Assembly: GCA_012295275.1 (NCBI GenBank)
Contig: CM022674.1
Span: forward strand, 16,430,001-16,494,000
DNA: 64,000 bases
Reading direction: 5' to 3'
Source: Chrysomallon squamiferum
Taxonomy: Eukaryota > Animalia > Mollusca
Shown: piece by piece, positions 1 to 12,794 of the stretch
Layout of the letters: every line of letters starts with the position of its first letter
Position numbering within the stretch: the first letter of the stretch is position 1
The notes under the pieces: model-generated
What the model saw: only the letters and a program-made list of their open reading frames with translations
What the model was told of the DNA's origin: nothing
Database searches by the model: none
Made by a program: the position numbers and the translations under genes

Positions 1-270
1 GTTGAAAGTACTTGGTGTAAAAGTAGAACTTGGTGTTGTGTTCGAAGTACTTGCTGTAGAAGTTGAACTTGGTGTTGTGTTAGAAGTATTTGCTGTAGAA
101 GTTGAACTTGGTATTGTGTTGGAAGTACTTGCTGTAGAAGTAGAACTTTGTGTTGTGTTGGAAGTACTTGCTGTAGAAGTAGAACTTGGTGTTGTGTTGG
201 AAGTACTTGCTGTAGAAGTAGAACTTGGTGTTCTGGTGGAAACATTTGCTGTTGAAGTAGAACTGTGAAA
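1..270 (-). repeat. 39-bp coding minisatellite (SSTSTASTSNTTP-like on minus), ~7 copies
   Basis: Unit gaagtacttgctgtagaagtagaacttggtgttgtgttg repeated in tandem; related to the 48-bp tail repeat at 51750-52190. Confidence 0.9.
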
Positions 271-794
271 TCTTAGTGGAATGTTGGCTGTACTGCTAAC
301 TGAAGTGACTAATTGAGTATTTGTGACAGAAGAAGAGGCCTGCAAAACTGGTACTGAGGAGCTTGATGAAGACAATTCTGGTGTGCCTTCACAGAATATT
401 CAAGTAGAAACTCTGGGTAACTCTGAGAAGTGTCAAAGATTACAAAAATTGATGGATTATTTACATCATCGACACAAGAATCATAAAGAACATGTCCTTT
501 CCTAGAAGGAGGCCGGGAATAAGAACTTTCACCTTTTGCATACTGGCCTACAAGAACCTTGAAATGAACATGAAGCAATGTGATCCTGTGGTGTAGCAGT
601 GGCTGTATTTGGCATCCCGGGCGAAATAAGCACCTTTGCCGTAAACTGTTCCATTTTTGCCGTTCAGCCTGAAGTCGATGTTATTGTGGCAGATTCCACG
701 TATGACACTAATGTCACCACTGCTTCCATGAAATAGAAATATTTCGTTAGTATCTCTTTCATCATCTCTGTTCATCGACATTGCCTTTCTCATA
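1..794 (-). pseudogene. Terminal exon of a PARP12/ZAP-like gene (PARP catalytic domain plus Ser/Thr-rich tail), two frameshifts, runs off the left edge
   Basis: Minus ORFs 548-802 and 309-578 join into FLFHGSSG...YGKGAYFARDAKYSH...KVLVGQY...LYDSCVDDVNNPSIFVIFDTSQSYPEFLLEY, closely matching ORF 51158-52213. Acceptor gcag|tatgaga at 794. One-base deletions relative to the 51 kb copy near 560 and 385. Confidence 0.88.
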
Positions 795-2088
795 CTGCTC
801 ATTAGGTAATTATTTTATCTTCTGTCACAGTTTATTGGATAATAATTGATGCTACTTAAGGCGTCACAATTTTATGACTCTTCCATAATGCTAGTTATTA
901 AATATATTTCTAATAATCACTGTTTCTACAGAGTGATTATTTTCAATCCTTAACAGATGGATGTTAACTTATACATTTTCTATCACCAGTATTTTGGTAC
1001 CAACCACTTACAATCAGTATATCGATACGAATGAGTTATTTACATATATTTTATTTTAAGAAATTGATTAATTTTCTATTGCTGGCTGCGGAAATAATTG
1101 CTTGTTTCCAAAATTACCGAAGCAAAGACAATAGGTACCATTTCCAATTGTAAATCAATCATTTAATTAATTATTGCTAGAATATTAAACATTTAACACA
1201 TGCATGTGTGGAAACGAAATTCGTGTTCTTCAGTTCTAAGTGAAAATATATACTGTGTACTGGATTTTAAAAGTTATTTTATCTGTTTTATCACTCTTAA
1301 TTATTGCTAAAGAAACATGAGTATGCAACATGAAAATAAAAAATGTAAGAAAAATAAAAATGGAGAAAGTGGTCAGAAAAGAGAGGTAAGCAGTAGCCAA
1401 GTTATTCAAGAAGTCATCATATTGAGGATATCAAATACACAATTCTGAAATGAGCTTAAATGTTCATCTGCACCATTTTATCAGTCAACACCAATTAACA
1501 AATTGATTAATCTTCTATTGATGGCGTTAGAAATCTATTGTTTGTTTCCAACAGTACTGAAATATATCATGTCTCTACCCTTATATATTGTAAATCTGTC
1601 ATTTATTTAGAATATCTGAATAGAAACAATTTACAGTATCTAGATATACACCAGACTACACAGCAATATAGTTACACAAATTTACACTGTATTTAATTCT
1701 TCATCACAATCAATTAGTTCACAGATCTTATGTTGAAAATGTGATCTGGCTCATGTATCAATAATTAAACTTTTGAACTGAAAAATTAAAACTGTACACA
1801 GTATTTAACACAATTAAATATACTGACACAATATTACACCAAAAATGTAGCAGCTCAAACTGAAACAACATCAGAAATCATTGTATTTCAGGATGAAGTA
1901 TAACATTAAGATCAACTTTGTACCATAGAAATTACAAACAAAATTCAGGTTATTGTGTTTATTATGAACATCAGTTTTATACAAAAATATTATTTCTGAA
2001 CAACTTCAAAATGTTCTCACGAGCTGATCTTCCATTTAAATGATAGTCTGTGTACATAATGTACAAAATTGAAAAGTTCAGTTTCATA

Positions 2089-5000
2089 TCAAAATGCATT
2101 TATGTTACTATATTTAGCACCATGCTCTAGTAAATAGGAAACAATTTCCCTTCTGTAACTCTTTGCTTTGTCAAGAGGAGTTTCACCTAGACTATTTTTA
2201 ACGTTTACATCAACACCGTTTTCAATCAGTGCTGTCACAATTTCTAGATTTCCATGTTCAATTGCTAAGTGCAAAACAGAATTCTTATCATTGTCTCTTA
2301 AATTAGGATCAGCTCTTTCTTTTAGTAAATACAAAAGTATTTTGTAATGCTGAAACTTAACAGCTGTAAAAAGAGGAGTTTTACCTCGCATGTTCCTTAC
2401 ATTTACGTCAACACCTTTTTCAATCAGTGCTGTCATAATTTCTACATTTCCATGTTTAGCTGCTAAGTGTAAAACAGAATTGTTATCATTGTCTGCTAAA
2501 TTAGTGTCAGCTCCATGTTTTAGTAAAGCCAAAGCTACTTTTGTCTTATCAGAGGAAATAGCTGGGTCTTCAAAAAATCAACTTTGTTGGGTGTGTATTT
2601 CAGAAATATAATAAGAGGAGTTTCACCTTGCATGTCCTTACAGTTTACATCAGCACCTTTTTCAATCAGTGCTGTCACAATTTCTACATTTCCATATTTA
2701 GTTGCTAAGTGTAAAAGATAATTGTTATCACTGTCTGTTAAATAAGGATCACATCCTTGGCTTAGTAAATATAAAGCTATTTCTGGTCTGTGACAGATCA
2801 AGGATACATGAAGAGGAGTTTTCTGTTCAGAGTTAATTGCATTTATTTCAGCACCCTTTTTTATTACTTCTTTCACAACATCTTTAGCAATTTCAGAGGC
2901 TATGTGCAATGCTGAATTCTCGTAGTCATCCTTTATATTGGTATCAGCACCATTTTCCAGTAACAACAAAGCTACTTCCTTTCTGTTTTTCACTGCATTT
3001 ACAGCTTCATGAAGTGGAGTTTCTCCCTTACTGTTTACTGCGTTAACATCAGCATTTCTCTTTATTAGTGATTTTATTATATCTAAGTCACCACGCAGAA
3101 CTGAGATGTGGAGGGGTGTGTCTGAAGGCAACAATTTGAAAGTAATTTTGACACTTAACTGTTTGAATTCAATTTCTTCTTCAAACAATTGAATCAGTTT
3201 CTGATTAACAGCTACATTCACATTAGGATCAGCTCCTTTATCAAGAAGGCACTGAACAACGTCTGCACTGTTACACATTACTGCCGCTTTCAGTACTTTA
3301 CTTTTCTTCCAGTTCTGATCTCCATCATAACGTCTCTGCTCAATGAGAAAATTCACTGTGTCAGTGGCTCCCCATACTGCTGCTGCTAAAAGTACTCTAT
3401 CTCTGTTCTCATCATTTAAACAATCAGGTTTCAGTTTTACTATTTTTTTTATAACACCAGATGTATTCTGACTAGCAGCAATAATAGCAATGTCTTTAAT
3501 TTTGTTTATTATATCAATGGTAACCAGTTTCTTAAATGGATGGCTTACATCAACAACTTCAAAAGTCTTTGACTTCCCAAAATACCAGTTTCTTGATTCA
3601 CGTCTTAGTTGTCTATGGAACCTAACCAATAATAGTTTAATGGCTTTTTCCTTGATTACACTGTTGTGTTTCTCACGGTTTATCTTTTCAGCTAACAGAC
3701 ATGCAATCTTCATATTACCTGAAAAAATGGAAGCAAGTAACAGAGGTGAATATTCATTCAAACTAATATTTCTTTTACTCTGTAACAGTTCTTTGAGTAT
3801 GGCAGCAGTGTCTGTTTTTGAAGAGGCAGCTGCATTCAATGTCTTCAGTTCTGGAATAACACCTGATTTTAGCAACATTTTCACAACATCTTCATCACCA
3901 AACAAGCAAGAAATATTCAAAAGTTCTTTTTTCAGATTTGTTAATTTCATTTTACACAGATTTTCAGTGAAAAATCTTGACAATATTCTTAATCCCTTCA
4001 CAATACACTCGCTTTGAACAGATGATGAAATTTCAAAATGTTTATCAGTATCCAAATACATGTAACTAGAACACTCTGAATAATTGTCAAGAAGACGTGA
4101 AATATTGCTAAATATTTCATCAAGATTGACTACATTTACAGATAATATACACAAATATTTATTTTGATGTTTATGTAGTCGCTGATGCAGTATTTCAGAC
4201 AATTTATCATTAAAGTATTTTTCCTTTATGAGATACTTCACAAACTCTTCATCTTTCAATGATGGATGTGAAATAATTTCTTCGGCATTGCTTGATGCCA
4301 AGAAGTCAGTAAATCTCCGAGCAAGAAAATGAAAGCTGTTAGGTTCCACAGTCATTGTAATGTGACTTTTGTTACACACTCCAGGTGTCACAACATATTC
4401 TAACAACATGGAGACAGGACACATTTCTAGCAACTCTGCTGCTTTCTTTGGAAACTCTGATGAAAACATCAGAAACAATGAGTCAAACACTGACTGGTGA
4501 ATAAATGTGTATTTATTGTCAGAACACTTCAAATAGGTACCACACATTTCATCAGCTGTTTTCTTTATGTCTGTGAGATCAGTATTTTTAACACCCTGAC
4601 AGATTCGCTCTAGCAGTCTTACTAATTTCATTATGTCACTGTCAGAGTCATTTTCAAATGGGTCCAGCAAATCAATGCTGAGACTGCCTTGTTGAAACAA
4701 GATCAGCAGCAGAACCAGGTAATTGATCTGTGAAGCTTTATCATTTTTCAAATTTTCCAGTTGTTGTGTGAGATATTCTACAGGTTTCTCAAAATACTTA
4801 ACACCCCTTTTTTGTGCGTCACTTGAAATAACATAATACACACACACCTGAGGGAATCCTAACTCTGTACATGAACAGGAAATGACAGTCTCTTTATCAT
4901 CTTCATCCATTGTAATATTCTTTTGTTCGAGATATGTGCCTAAAATGTCTAACTTCTCATAATAATTCAGACAACATTCATCGCTTTGCAGGTCAAGGAG

Positions 5001-5443
5001 ATGATTTTCATTGAACAGATCAAAATCCTTCAGAATGGCTATACTTTCTATAAATATTCGTTTTCTTAAAGTAATAATACATCTCACACGCTTCTCTTTA
5101 ACAAAACTCCACAGCTCTGGAAATATCTGTTTCCAGCACCACACAAAATCTAATACAATATTAGATCTGCCAAATATATCATCAATGAGAACAATACATG
5201 GTTTATCTTTAGACACAGGAATGCATTCGAAATTAGAGTGATGAGTCACGATGTAAAAGTCTATTTTTTCTTTTTGCTCTATCTGTTTAATCATGTTCAG
5301 ACCTAGTGTTGTCTTTCCTGAACCTGGACATCCTACTACAATCACAACACCATTCTTTTTCAAAAGTGTTACTCCTCTTTCTTCTGCTCTTGTTTCAACA
5401 TAGACTCTCCAGTCAACTGAGTTTAACTGTGATCTGCTAGACT
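2089..5443 (-). CDS. Main exon of a STAND-class (nSTAND3-like) P-loop NTPase + ankyrin repeat protein (NLR-like); one frameshift near 2575
   Basis: 942-aa ORF with Walker A VVIVVGCPGSGKTT, Walker B CIVLIDDIFG, a Y.FIHQSVFD motif and many ankyrin repeats (DTPLHISV, ETPLHEAV, KTPLHVSL). It continues into ORF 2089-2532 if one T is added to the T6 run at 2572-2577. Acceptor gatacag|ag at 5443. Confidence 0.9.
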
Positions 5444-5722
5444 CTGTATCAGAACATTAAAAATAATAATATATATTATTAACATATTTTAAATATATTT
5501 TATTATTTAAATATAGATAATATAATTTTTAACTAGTCATCAGATGTGAAGTTTCTAAAATAAAGCAGCAGTTTTTGTCATAATTTTAGTTCATCAGAAT
5601 TAAATGACAATACCACAATATCACAACTTTATATGCTGTAAAAGTTACTTACTGATTATCTTCTTATAAATTAATATCTTTCAGAAGTAATAAAAAGGAA
5701 TAAAATAAAATTTAAAAAATAC

Positions 5723-5755
5723 CTTTCATATGGAACGCTCGTTCATCAGTCTTTG
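5723..5755 (-). CDS. 33-nt micro-exon of the STAND-ankyrin gene (KTDERAFHMK)
   Basis: atttcag|caaagact...atgaaag|gtattt; phase 1-1, matching the phase-1 main exon. Confidence 0.7.
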
Positions 5756-6039
5756 CTGAAATGATATAAAAATAAAACAAATAAATTTATATTATTGATG
5801 ATGAGTAAAAGAAAATGACTAAAGTGATCTGTACAATTACTCTGTACCCTATTAATAGAACAGACAACATATAACATTATTATTATATCTTTCTGATTTA
5901 TTTTACTATAATTATTACTACTAGTATTAAAACTACTGCTGTTGTTTTTTCTAACTATTGTTATTTACTTCTTCTTATAGTTTATATTATTATTATTATA
6001 CACACAAACATACACACATATATGTACACAATATAAACA

Positions 6040-6096
6040 TAGAAACATATATACATACATACATACATACATAAATATATACATATTTATATATAT

Positions 6097-6175
<79 letters not shown>

Positions 6176-6190
6176 CATACATACATATAT
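6040..6190. repeat. (TA)n/(TACA)n microsatellite
   Basis: Seen directly; similar simple repeats at 37695-37835, 38540-38612, 39145-39205 and 45065-45130. Confidence 0.97.
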
Positions 6191-6215
6191 TCATATCTCA
6201 GAAAAAAAAATAGAC

Positions 6216-6268
6216 TTGTCTCCTTTAGGATAACTGGTCACATTTGTTATTGTTATTAATTTCTGTGT
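6216..6268 (-). CDS. Small exon of the STAND-ankyrin gene (NTEINNNNK...), 3' boundary uncertain
   Basis: Good acceptor cttttctctcag|ac at 6268. The donor is either aat|gtgacc (27-nt exon) or caa|gtctat, which needs a 1-nt indel to avoid a stop. Confidence 0.5.
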
Positions 6269-6360
6269 CTGAGAGAAAAGCACAAATGTGTATTCTGTTT
6301 TATATCAAAACATGTACAGAAAAAGAAAAGTTTTAGTTTTAAATGTATTAATTAACTGAC

Positions 6361-6435
6361 TTTTGTTTCCTAATAGAACATTTCCAGAGTGACTTATGTT
6401 TACTCTTGGTTGTACAAGTTGTCTTATTGGAGTAT
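6361..6435 (-). CDS. 75-nt exon encoding DTPIRQLVQPRVNISHSGNVLLGNK (RHIM-like motif)
   Basis: gtttcacag|at ... aaaa|gtcagt; open in phase 1-1. Confidence 0.7.
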
Positions 6436-6942
6436 CTGTGAAACAGTAAATACATTTTTAAGGACAGAATACAATATTAATACAATCTACTAACAGTATT
6501 ATTGCATATAACAATATATCATTTAAAAATGTTTTTACTGATTATGTGCAGGTGCTATGAAATAAGTATTACTTTGAGGTATTAAAATGTATAACAGTAG
6601 CTACAAGATTAATTATAAAGGTCATGATGAAGTAACAAAACAGTAACTAGAGTGTATTTTGCTTTACTGTTTTAATCTGTGAAACAAAAACGCCGTAAAA
6701 GCTTTAAACTTAATTCATTACCAGGATAACTTTTAAAAGTGTCAATTTACTAATGCCTACGAGCTAACTAAACAATACATTGAAAAAGTATATTGACACA
6801 AATCTATATAGTACTTTTGTCAGTTTAGAGATTACCATCAATAAAGTAGGCAATATATTGAAATATTCTATTATAACAAATATAAAAATAATTTTGACTC
6901 TTAATAATTTCCTATTAAAAAATAAACAGTACATTGAAATAC

Positions 6943-7330
6943 TTGTAAACGACGCTCTGTATGTGTGATGTCAAAGGAAGACTGAGATGTCATGCCAGAA
7001 AGAGATACACTTGTCATATTGTCTAAGGGAAACACAGCTGTCACAGTCTCTCCAGAAGAAACAGCTGTCACAGTTTCTGCAAAAGAAACAGCTGTTAAAG
7101 TCCCTACAGAAGAAACAGCTGTCACATTCTCTGCAGAAGAAAGAGCTGTCACAGTATGTGCAGAAGACACAGCTGTCACAGTATGTACAGAAGACACAGC
7201 TGTCACAGTGTCTGCAGAAGAAACAGCTGTCACAGTCTCTGCAGAAGATACAGCTGTCACAGTCGTCCAAACAGCTGTTGTGTTAGAAGAAACTTCTGAA
7301 CTCTCATTTTTGTCATCCATAAAGGCTGAG
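6943..7330 (-). CDS. Exon with 27-bp coding repeat (TVTAVSSAE, ~10 copies), Ser/Thr-rich linker
   Basis: ORF 6901-7320; acceptor ttacag|ctc at 7330 is in phase with the upstream exon. The donor caa|gtattt is one base out of phase with the next exon. Confidence 0.65.
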
Positions 7331-7384
7331 CTGTAAACAAATAATATAATTTTGTTTTTTATAGGAGGAAGAAATGAAATGTTT

Positions 7385-7660
7385 TCTTTACTTTTTTATT
7401 TACTGTTAGATGAGGTCAGACATAAGATTTTGGAAGAGTCAGATAACAAAAGAAGAAACCTACTGCAGTCACTTCACTCTCTACTATATCTTATTAACAA
7501 CAAGTGATGTTTCATTTATACCTACCCACAGACAGTACAAACTATGTCATACATCAGGTGTTAAGCACTGCTAAAATGAAAACAGCTCAAGATGCCATCA
7601 GCAGGCATTGATCCAAATATCTACTACATCTTGCACACTTTACTATAGAACTACATCTAG
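7385..7660 (-). mobile_element. Degenerate tRNA-derived SINE-like element (MetaSINE-like), intronic
   Basis: Colinear with 56705-56915 (agaagaaacctactgcagtcacttca...ttattaacaacaag...cccacagac). Family assignment is from memory of molluscan SINEs, not a search. Confidence 0.45.
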
Positions 7661-7882
7661 TACATTGTATTAATACTAGCATTGAGACATAGACTGTATT
7701 CTCAATTTGGTTTTATTAATAAATGCCTGGAACTTTTTTAAAAGTAAACATAAAAAAAAGCTTAAATAAATATCATCTATTTTTAAATATACCTATTAGA
7801 TCATGTTATTTAGAAATATTCAGGAAAACACAATTTCACAATACCGTTACCTAAAAACGTAGTTCTAATTAATTAGTCTTAC

Positions 7883-8002
7883 CTCATTTTGGATTTGTTA
7901 TTTTCCTGCTTTTTAGGGGTTGGTGATGGGCTGACTGGGGCAGGTTCTGGCTCTGGGTTCCTGTGTTTCTCAGCTGTTCTGCTGCTTTGTTTTGTAGACA
8001 AC
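7883..8002 (-). CDS. 120-nt Pro-rich exon of the STAND-ankyrin gene (LSTKQSSRTAEKHRNPEPEPAPVSPSPTPKKQENNKSKM)
   Basis: tgtttcag|g ... atgag|gtaag, phase 2-2; GC-richer than its flanks. Confidence 0.7.
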
Positions 8003-9691
8003 CTGAAACACACAGATTTACTAATGCTATTCCAATTTTTTCTAAACATTACAAATACACATGACAAAAATCAACAGAACAGTTGTCCGAAATTACTGAA
8101 AATGACAAAACCAGTGCATTGTAACAAAAGTCCATGGAAATTACTGCACTGCCATTAAATTGATTAATTTAGGATTCATGATATCAACTTTCTATTTAGT
8201 GCATTTTTCAAACTGAAAACACATACCACCATCAATCTGCATACAGAACGGAAACTGATAAAGATAATCTGTGAGTAACAATGTTTAATTTTAAAACATG
8301 CAGAACTGTCTCAAATGGGTCAGTTCAGATCATCATATTAATAATATTATAATCAATTCCTATCTTAGTTTTGTCAGACCTATTACTAAATTATATAAAC
8401 AATAAAAATATAAATATACAATGAACATTTTTACTAAGTAATATTCTTAGTCTTGTCAATTGTACTAAATTATTTTATATAAACAGTACAAATCAAAATC
8501 TCACAAATGTGCAGGTGAAAATAATGAGTGAAAACGTGACAACTAATTAGAAAGTTGTGATGATTGACAACAGAATGATGTTCCACGTTTCTGAATGACA
8601 GTTACAACTGATTTCACTGTGAGAGGCCAGTGTGTGATGTTTCATTGTTTTTCTTAACTGCAGCATGCTCACATATCAGATTTTGAACTCCATTGTTTAG
8701 CACATCTCTCATTCAGTGTCAACTTGGCACAATGGTGAACATAATAAACACAAAGATGACACAAAATAAGAATTCATTCAACAGTTATGCCTCAAACCTA
8801 CAGGACATCAGTTTGACAACAATTACCGTCATCAGTCCATTAGTGACCTCAACACTCTAGATCCAACCAATGCTGTAACTCTTCCTTAGTACTTACTTAA
8901 AATGTAATTTTTTGAAATAAGTCAGTATGAACATCTCTGATACTTTATATGATGGTGAAAAAAACTGTTATATCTATTAAATAAATATTGTATGATTATT
9001 CTTCAGTATTGTGTCTGTTTGTATATAAATATACTTTCAGAATTTGTAAACTTCAGCTTTCAATAATCTGCTACATTCTTCATTCCAAACCTTGATCAAT
9101 TCATGATTTCATGTTAATTTACAGACACATTTTATCTGTGCAGTGTTTGAAACTGTCATCTTAATACACCACCAATACAGTAGTGACATCTATGAATAGA
9201 ACAGTGTCCAACCATTATCATACTATGTACAAAGACATTCTTTATTTACTATTTATTTTTAAAGATGATTTCTCCACACCATATATATACATGTATTTGT
9301 AAAAAAAAAAAATAAAAAAAAATTAAACAAAATAAAAATAATAAGAAAAGTTTTAAGGTTTTATTCATTCAGTTAAATATGATTCTAGAGTAATTATAAT
9401 AACCTATGACTGTGTATGAACATGTATTCCTTCACTTAAACATTAAAAGTAAATGTATTTTCAAAATAATACTAATAGTCTTTACTTTATTGTGTTTTTA
9501 AATTGTTTAATAGACTACTGAATGATAATTTTTCTACACTAAGTATAAAAATTTATATCAGATTGAAGATATATACACACACACACACACAGCTGCACTG
9601 CAAACAAATATTTTCTTCACTGTGTCAAGACAAAATGAGTAAAAGCAACTGTATTTATGCTTCAAACTGTTTGGATTAAAGTTAGTGTCAC

Positions 9692-9901
9692 CTAACTGGG
9701 GTTACTTCATTACATAATACTTGCTGAAAACTGATTAAATATTTGAAGAAAGCAAAGAATATTCAGTGACTGAAAACATATCAACTTATTTTCTTTTTTA
9801 AATGAATTACAAGTGACAGTCATTTTGTTATCTTGGAAAAAGAAAAAGAACACTGATCAGAGTTTCCACTTACAAACTGTTCAGTAAGTCCTGTTACTTC
9901 A
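9692..9901 (-). CDS. Two tentative micro-exons, 9874-9901 (EVTGLTEQF) and 9692-9723 (QVLCNEVTPVR)
   Basis: AG/GT boundaries and phases (2-0, 0-2) chain correctly into exon 7883-8002; no homology support. Confidence 0.35.
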
Positions 9902-11312
9902 CTTTTGAAATGCAGATAAATAAATAAATAAAAAAATAAATAAATGGCAAGAAAAGGAAACATTAGGTAACTCAGGTAAAAATTTATTTTATTTATCAGA
10001 GACAAATATGAAGTTTGCTTATTGAAATGAGTGTAAAAATATTTTATGTAAAAGTTGAAAACTGTTAAAAAAATAATTATAAGTAATAAACTACAGCAAA
10101 TATGAAAAGTTACTTTTTTAGTAAAACCTGGACCTACCCGAGACTGGCTTTGACAACTCAAGTTTTATCATTCTTGTACTGTACATTGCACACTTATAAC
10201 ATTAAATGTTAATGTAACTAATTTAAGAAAACAAAACATTTACTTACAATTCAGTTTAACCCATCTTTAAACATTAGCTGCTGTATGATAAACCAGTTGT
10301 CTGTAACTGACCATACAACTCTTCTGTCCTGTCAACAGAACAATATCAAACTGATTTACCTTTCTTCTTAAATTAATATTGTCAAGTAATACACATTTTT
10401 TATTATTATTATTATTACCGTTCTAATGAAAGAACTGTTGTCATTTACCAAAATATTAATTAAAAAAAGTAAAACTAAACAAGAAGAATTAAGCACCAAG
10501 AGGAACAAAATATTAAAATTAAAAATAAATCTGTTATAACTGCCATATTTTCAAAAATCAGTATCAAAAATCATTAACACACTTGAAACTGATGCTTAAA
10601 ATAGAATTTTATTTATTTATGTATTTATTTATTATCAATGTACATGGATCTGGTTAATTTACAAAATCAAATATTATGAACCAAACGTAATACAATAAAA
10701 ACTCAAACTTTTAAAACATAGATTAGCACTAGTTACTAGTGTATTTGTAATATGCCAGACTTGTTTCAGTCACATGATAATTTTATATGTACACAAGTTA
10801 TTGAGATAGCATGGCTCCATCTGTTCTGACTGAAAACATTAGCTGATTTCACAAGTTTCTCTTCCGAAAGTCGATGTATAACTATTTCATAGCTGAACAT
10901 GGTGAAAACAAAAATTCTTAATAAAACAATCAGTGAATATCTGCTGTCAGTTGAGGATATAAATTTAAGATTAACCACAGAAATAGAGATGGATTCATTT
11001 TTATAAATAATGTACTGAATTACTCATCACCTCCATTTGCTGTTGTTTAACACTCACTGCAGAATTACCTATGCACATCCATATATTACGCTCAAAACAA
11101 TTACTTATTTCTAGTTCAATGTATCCCATGTTTAGATTATTGCTATTGTATGTTAAACCAGTTGTTGTAACTGATCATATAACTTTTTCAGTCGTGCCAA
11201 TACAATAACACAAAACATATATATGTTTTCAAATTATTAAAGTGTGTGCTAATTTTCATTTAGAAAATGAAATAAAATAAGTTTAATACAATAAAAAAAA
11301 CACACACACATT

Positions 11313-11314
<2 letters not shown>

Positions 11315-11348
<34 letters not shown>

Positions 11349-11967
11349 TATGTATGTATGATTACTTATTTATCTAGTAAATGTGTTAGGAAACATATTT
11401 TAAACGTAATGCGAGCTGTCAAAAAATATTAAACAACTAAATAAACAATGTCTGCCTTTCTTGCTGTATGTACAACATGCTGTAATATGAATAATGCAAC
11501 TAGTACTTAAAATCGCAAATCATCCAACACTCGACACACAGTTATGGACGACAAATACCATTTTTTTCTATCATTCTTAAGTAAGACGTAAGAAATTTAA
11601 GAAACATAAGCCAATATAATCCATCCTCAAACGTCGTAAGTCATATAACAGGAATTTTGGTCCGCCATGACACTTCAGCGATAAAACGCCGAGATGACCG
11701 TGTTTCACCAGGTAAAGAATACAATTAGCATGTTTGCAGCATCTTGATTAAATTTCAAATAATAAGATACAAAGATAAATAGATTTCATGCTGTGAAATA
11801 AATAAAAAACAAAACAAAACTGAAAAAATATATATTTACTATAAATTTTCCTTACCATCATAGTAACCCAACTCGTTGTCATCTTCTCGCTCTGTGAATC
11901 ACATAGCAAGAAAATACTTTGCTTAGCTTTCAGATTAGTTCGGGCACACACTGTTTATTTATTTATA

Positions 11968-12013
<46 letters not shown>

Positions 12014-12745
12014 TTGGTGTTCTGGTACAATTTTTTACCTATATTCGCAATACATGGAATGCGACTAACACGCCATTCTTTCATTGAATACATTTTTAAA
12101 AATTAATGTGGTAATCAGGGAAAGCTGTTGTGAAGCACGTTATTCTCTCAAGTTTAATCTCGTTTATGTAATAAGGGCAGTTTCTTCTAGCTCACTGGTT
12201 TAGCTGAGTACATTATCACTGTAACTTGGCGAAAATATCAGTCTATTTTCAAAGTGTGTCATATTTCTGAAAGCTGATTTCAGGTTAAAGTCAGAAAGAT
12301 ATTGGGTGGATTATCAACAATGTTAAATAAAATTATAATAGTACTCTACTTCAAAACCAAATCTGATATGAAATAAATATATTAAATTTACTTTTGCTTC
12401 TCTCATCTGTAAGATGTGTTATAATTAAATAAAGTGAACCTATGTAATAAAATACAAATTTGACATCTATTCTACTGAAACACGGTAAGATTGAATATAC
12501 AAATGGGCACAGTAGTAGGAAGAAAAGTAAAACTGTTATTATACTGACTGTTGAAATTAAATAAAAAAACAGACATTTTAGGCAAAACACCCCAAAAATT
12601 AAATGAAAAATAAAAGTATAACAAATATATATATATATATAGATATATATATATAGATAGATATATATAATAAATAAAAAAGAATAACAAAATAAAACAC
12701 TGAAACAAATAGAAACTGAAATCGGACAAATGCCATCCCAATATA

Positions 12746-12794
<49 letters not shown>

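Noticed and set aside
2-268. Plus-strand EVLAVEVELGVVL repeat protein
   Set aside because: Antisense reading of the minus-strand PARP tail minisatellite.
2572-2577. Programmed ribosomal frameshift in the ankyrin region
   Set aside because: Similar one-base homopolymer indels occur in unrelated genes here; error or mutation is simpler, and no stimulatory structure was seen.
2535-5363. Bacterial contamination or horizontally transferred defence gene, given the long intronless STAND ORF
   Set aside because: It has a spliceosomal acceptor, phase-compatible upstream micro-exons and host-like composition; such STAND-ankyrin genes occur in invertebrates.
5965-6186. Poly-YI, poly-L and poly-I ORFs here and elsewhere
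   Set aside because: Translations of (TA)n and (TTA)n microsatellites.
6971-7270. Cys-rich metallothionein-like ORF (CDSCFFCR repeats)
   Set aside because: Alternative frame of the 27-bp repeat; the acceptor phase supports the Thr/Ser frame.
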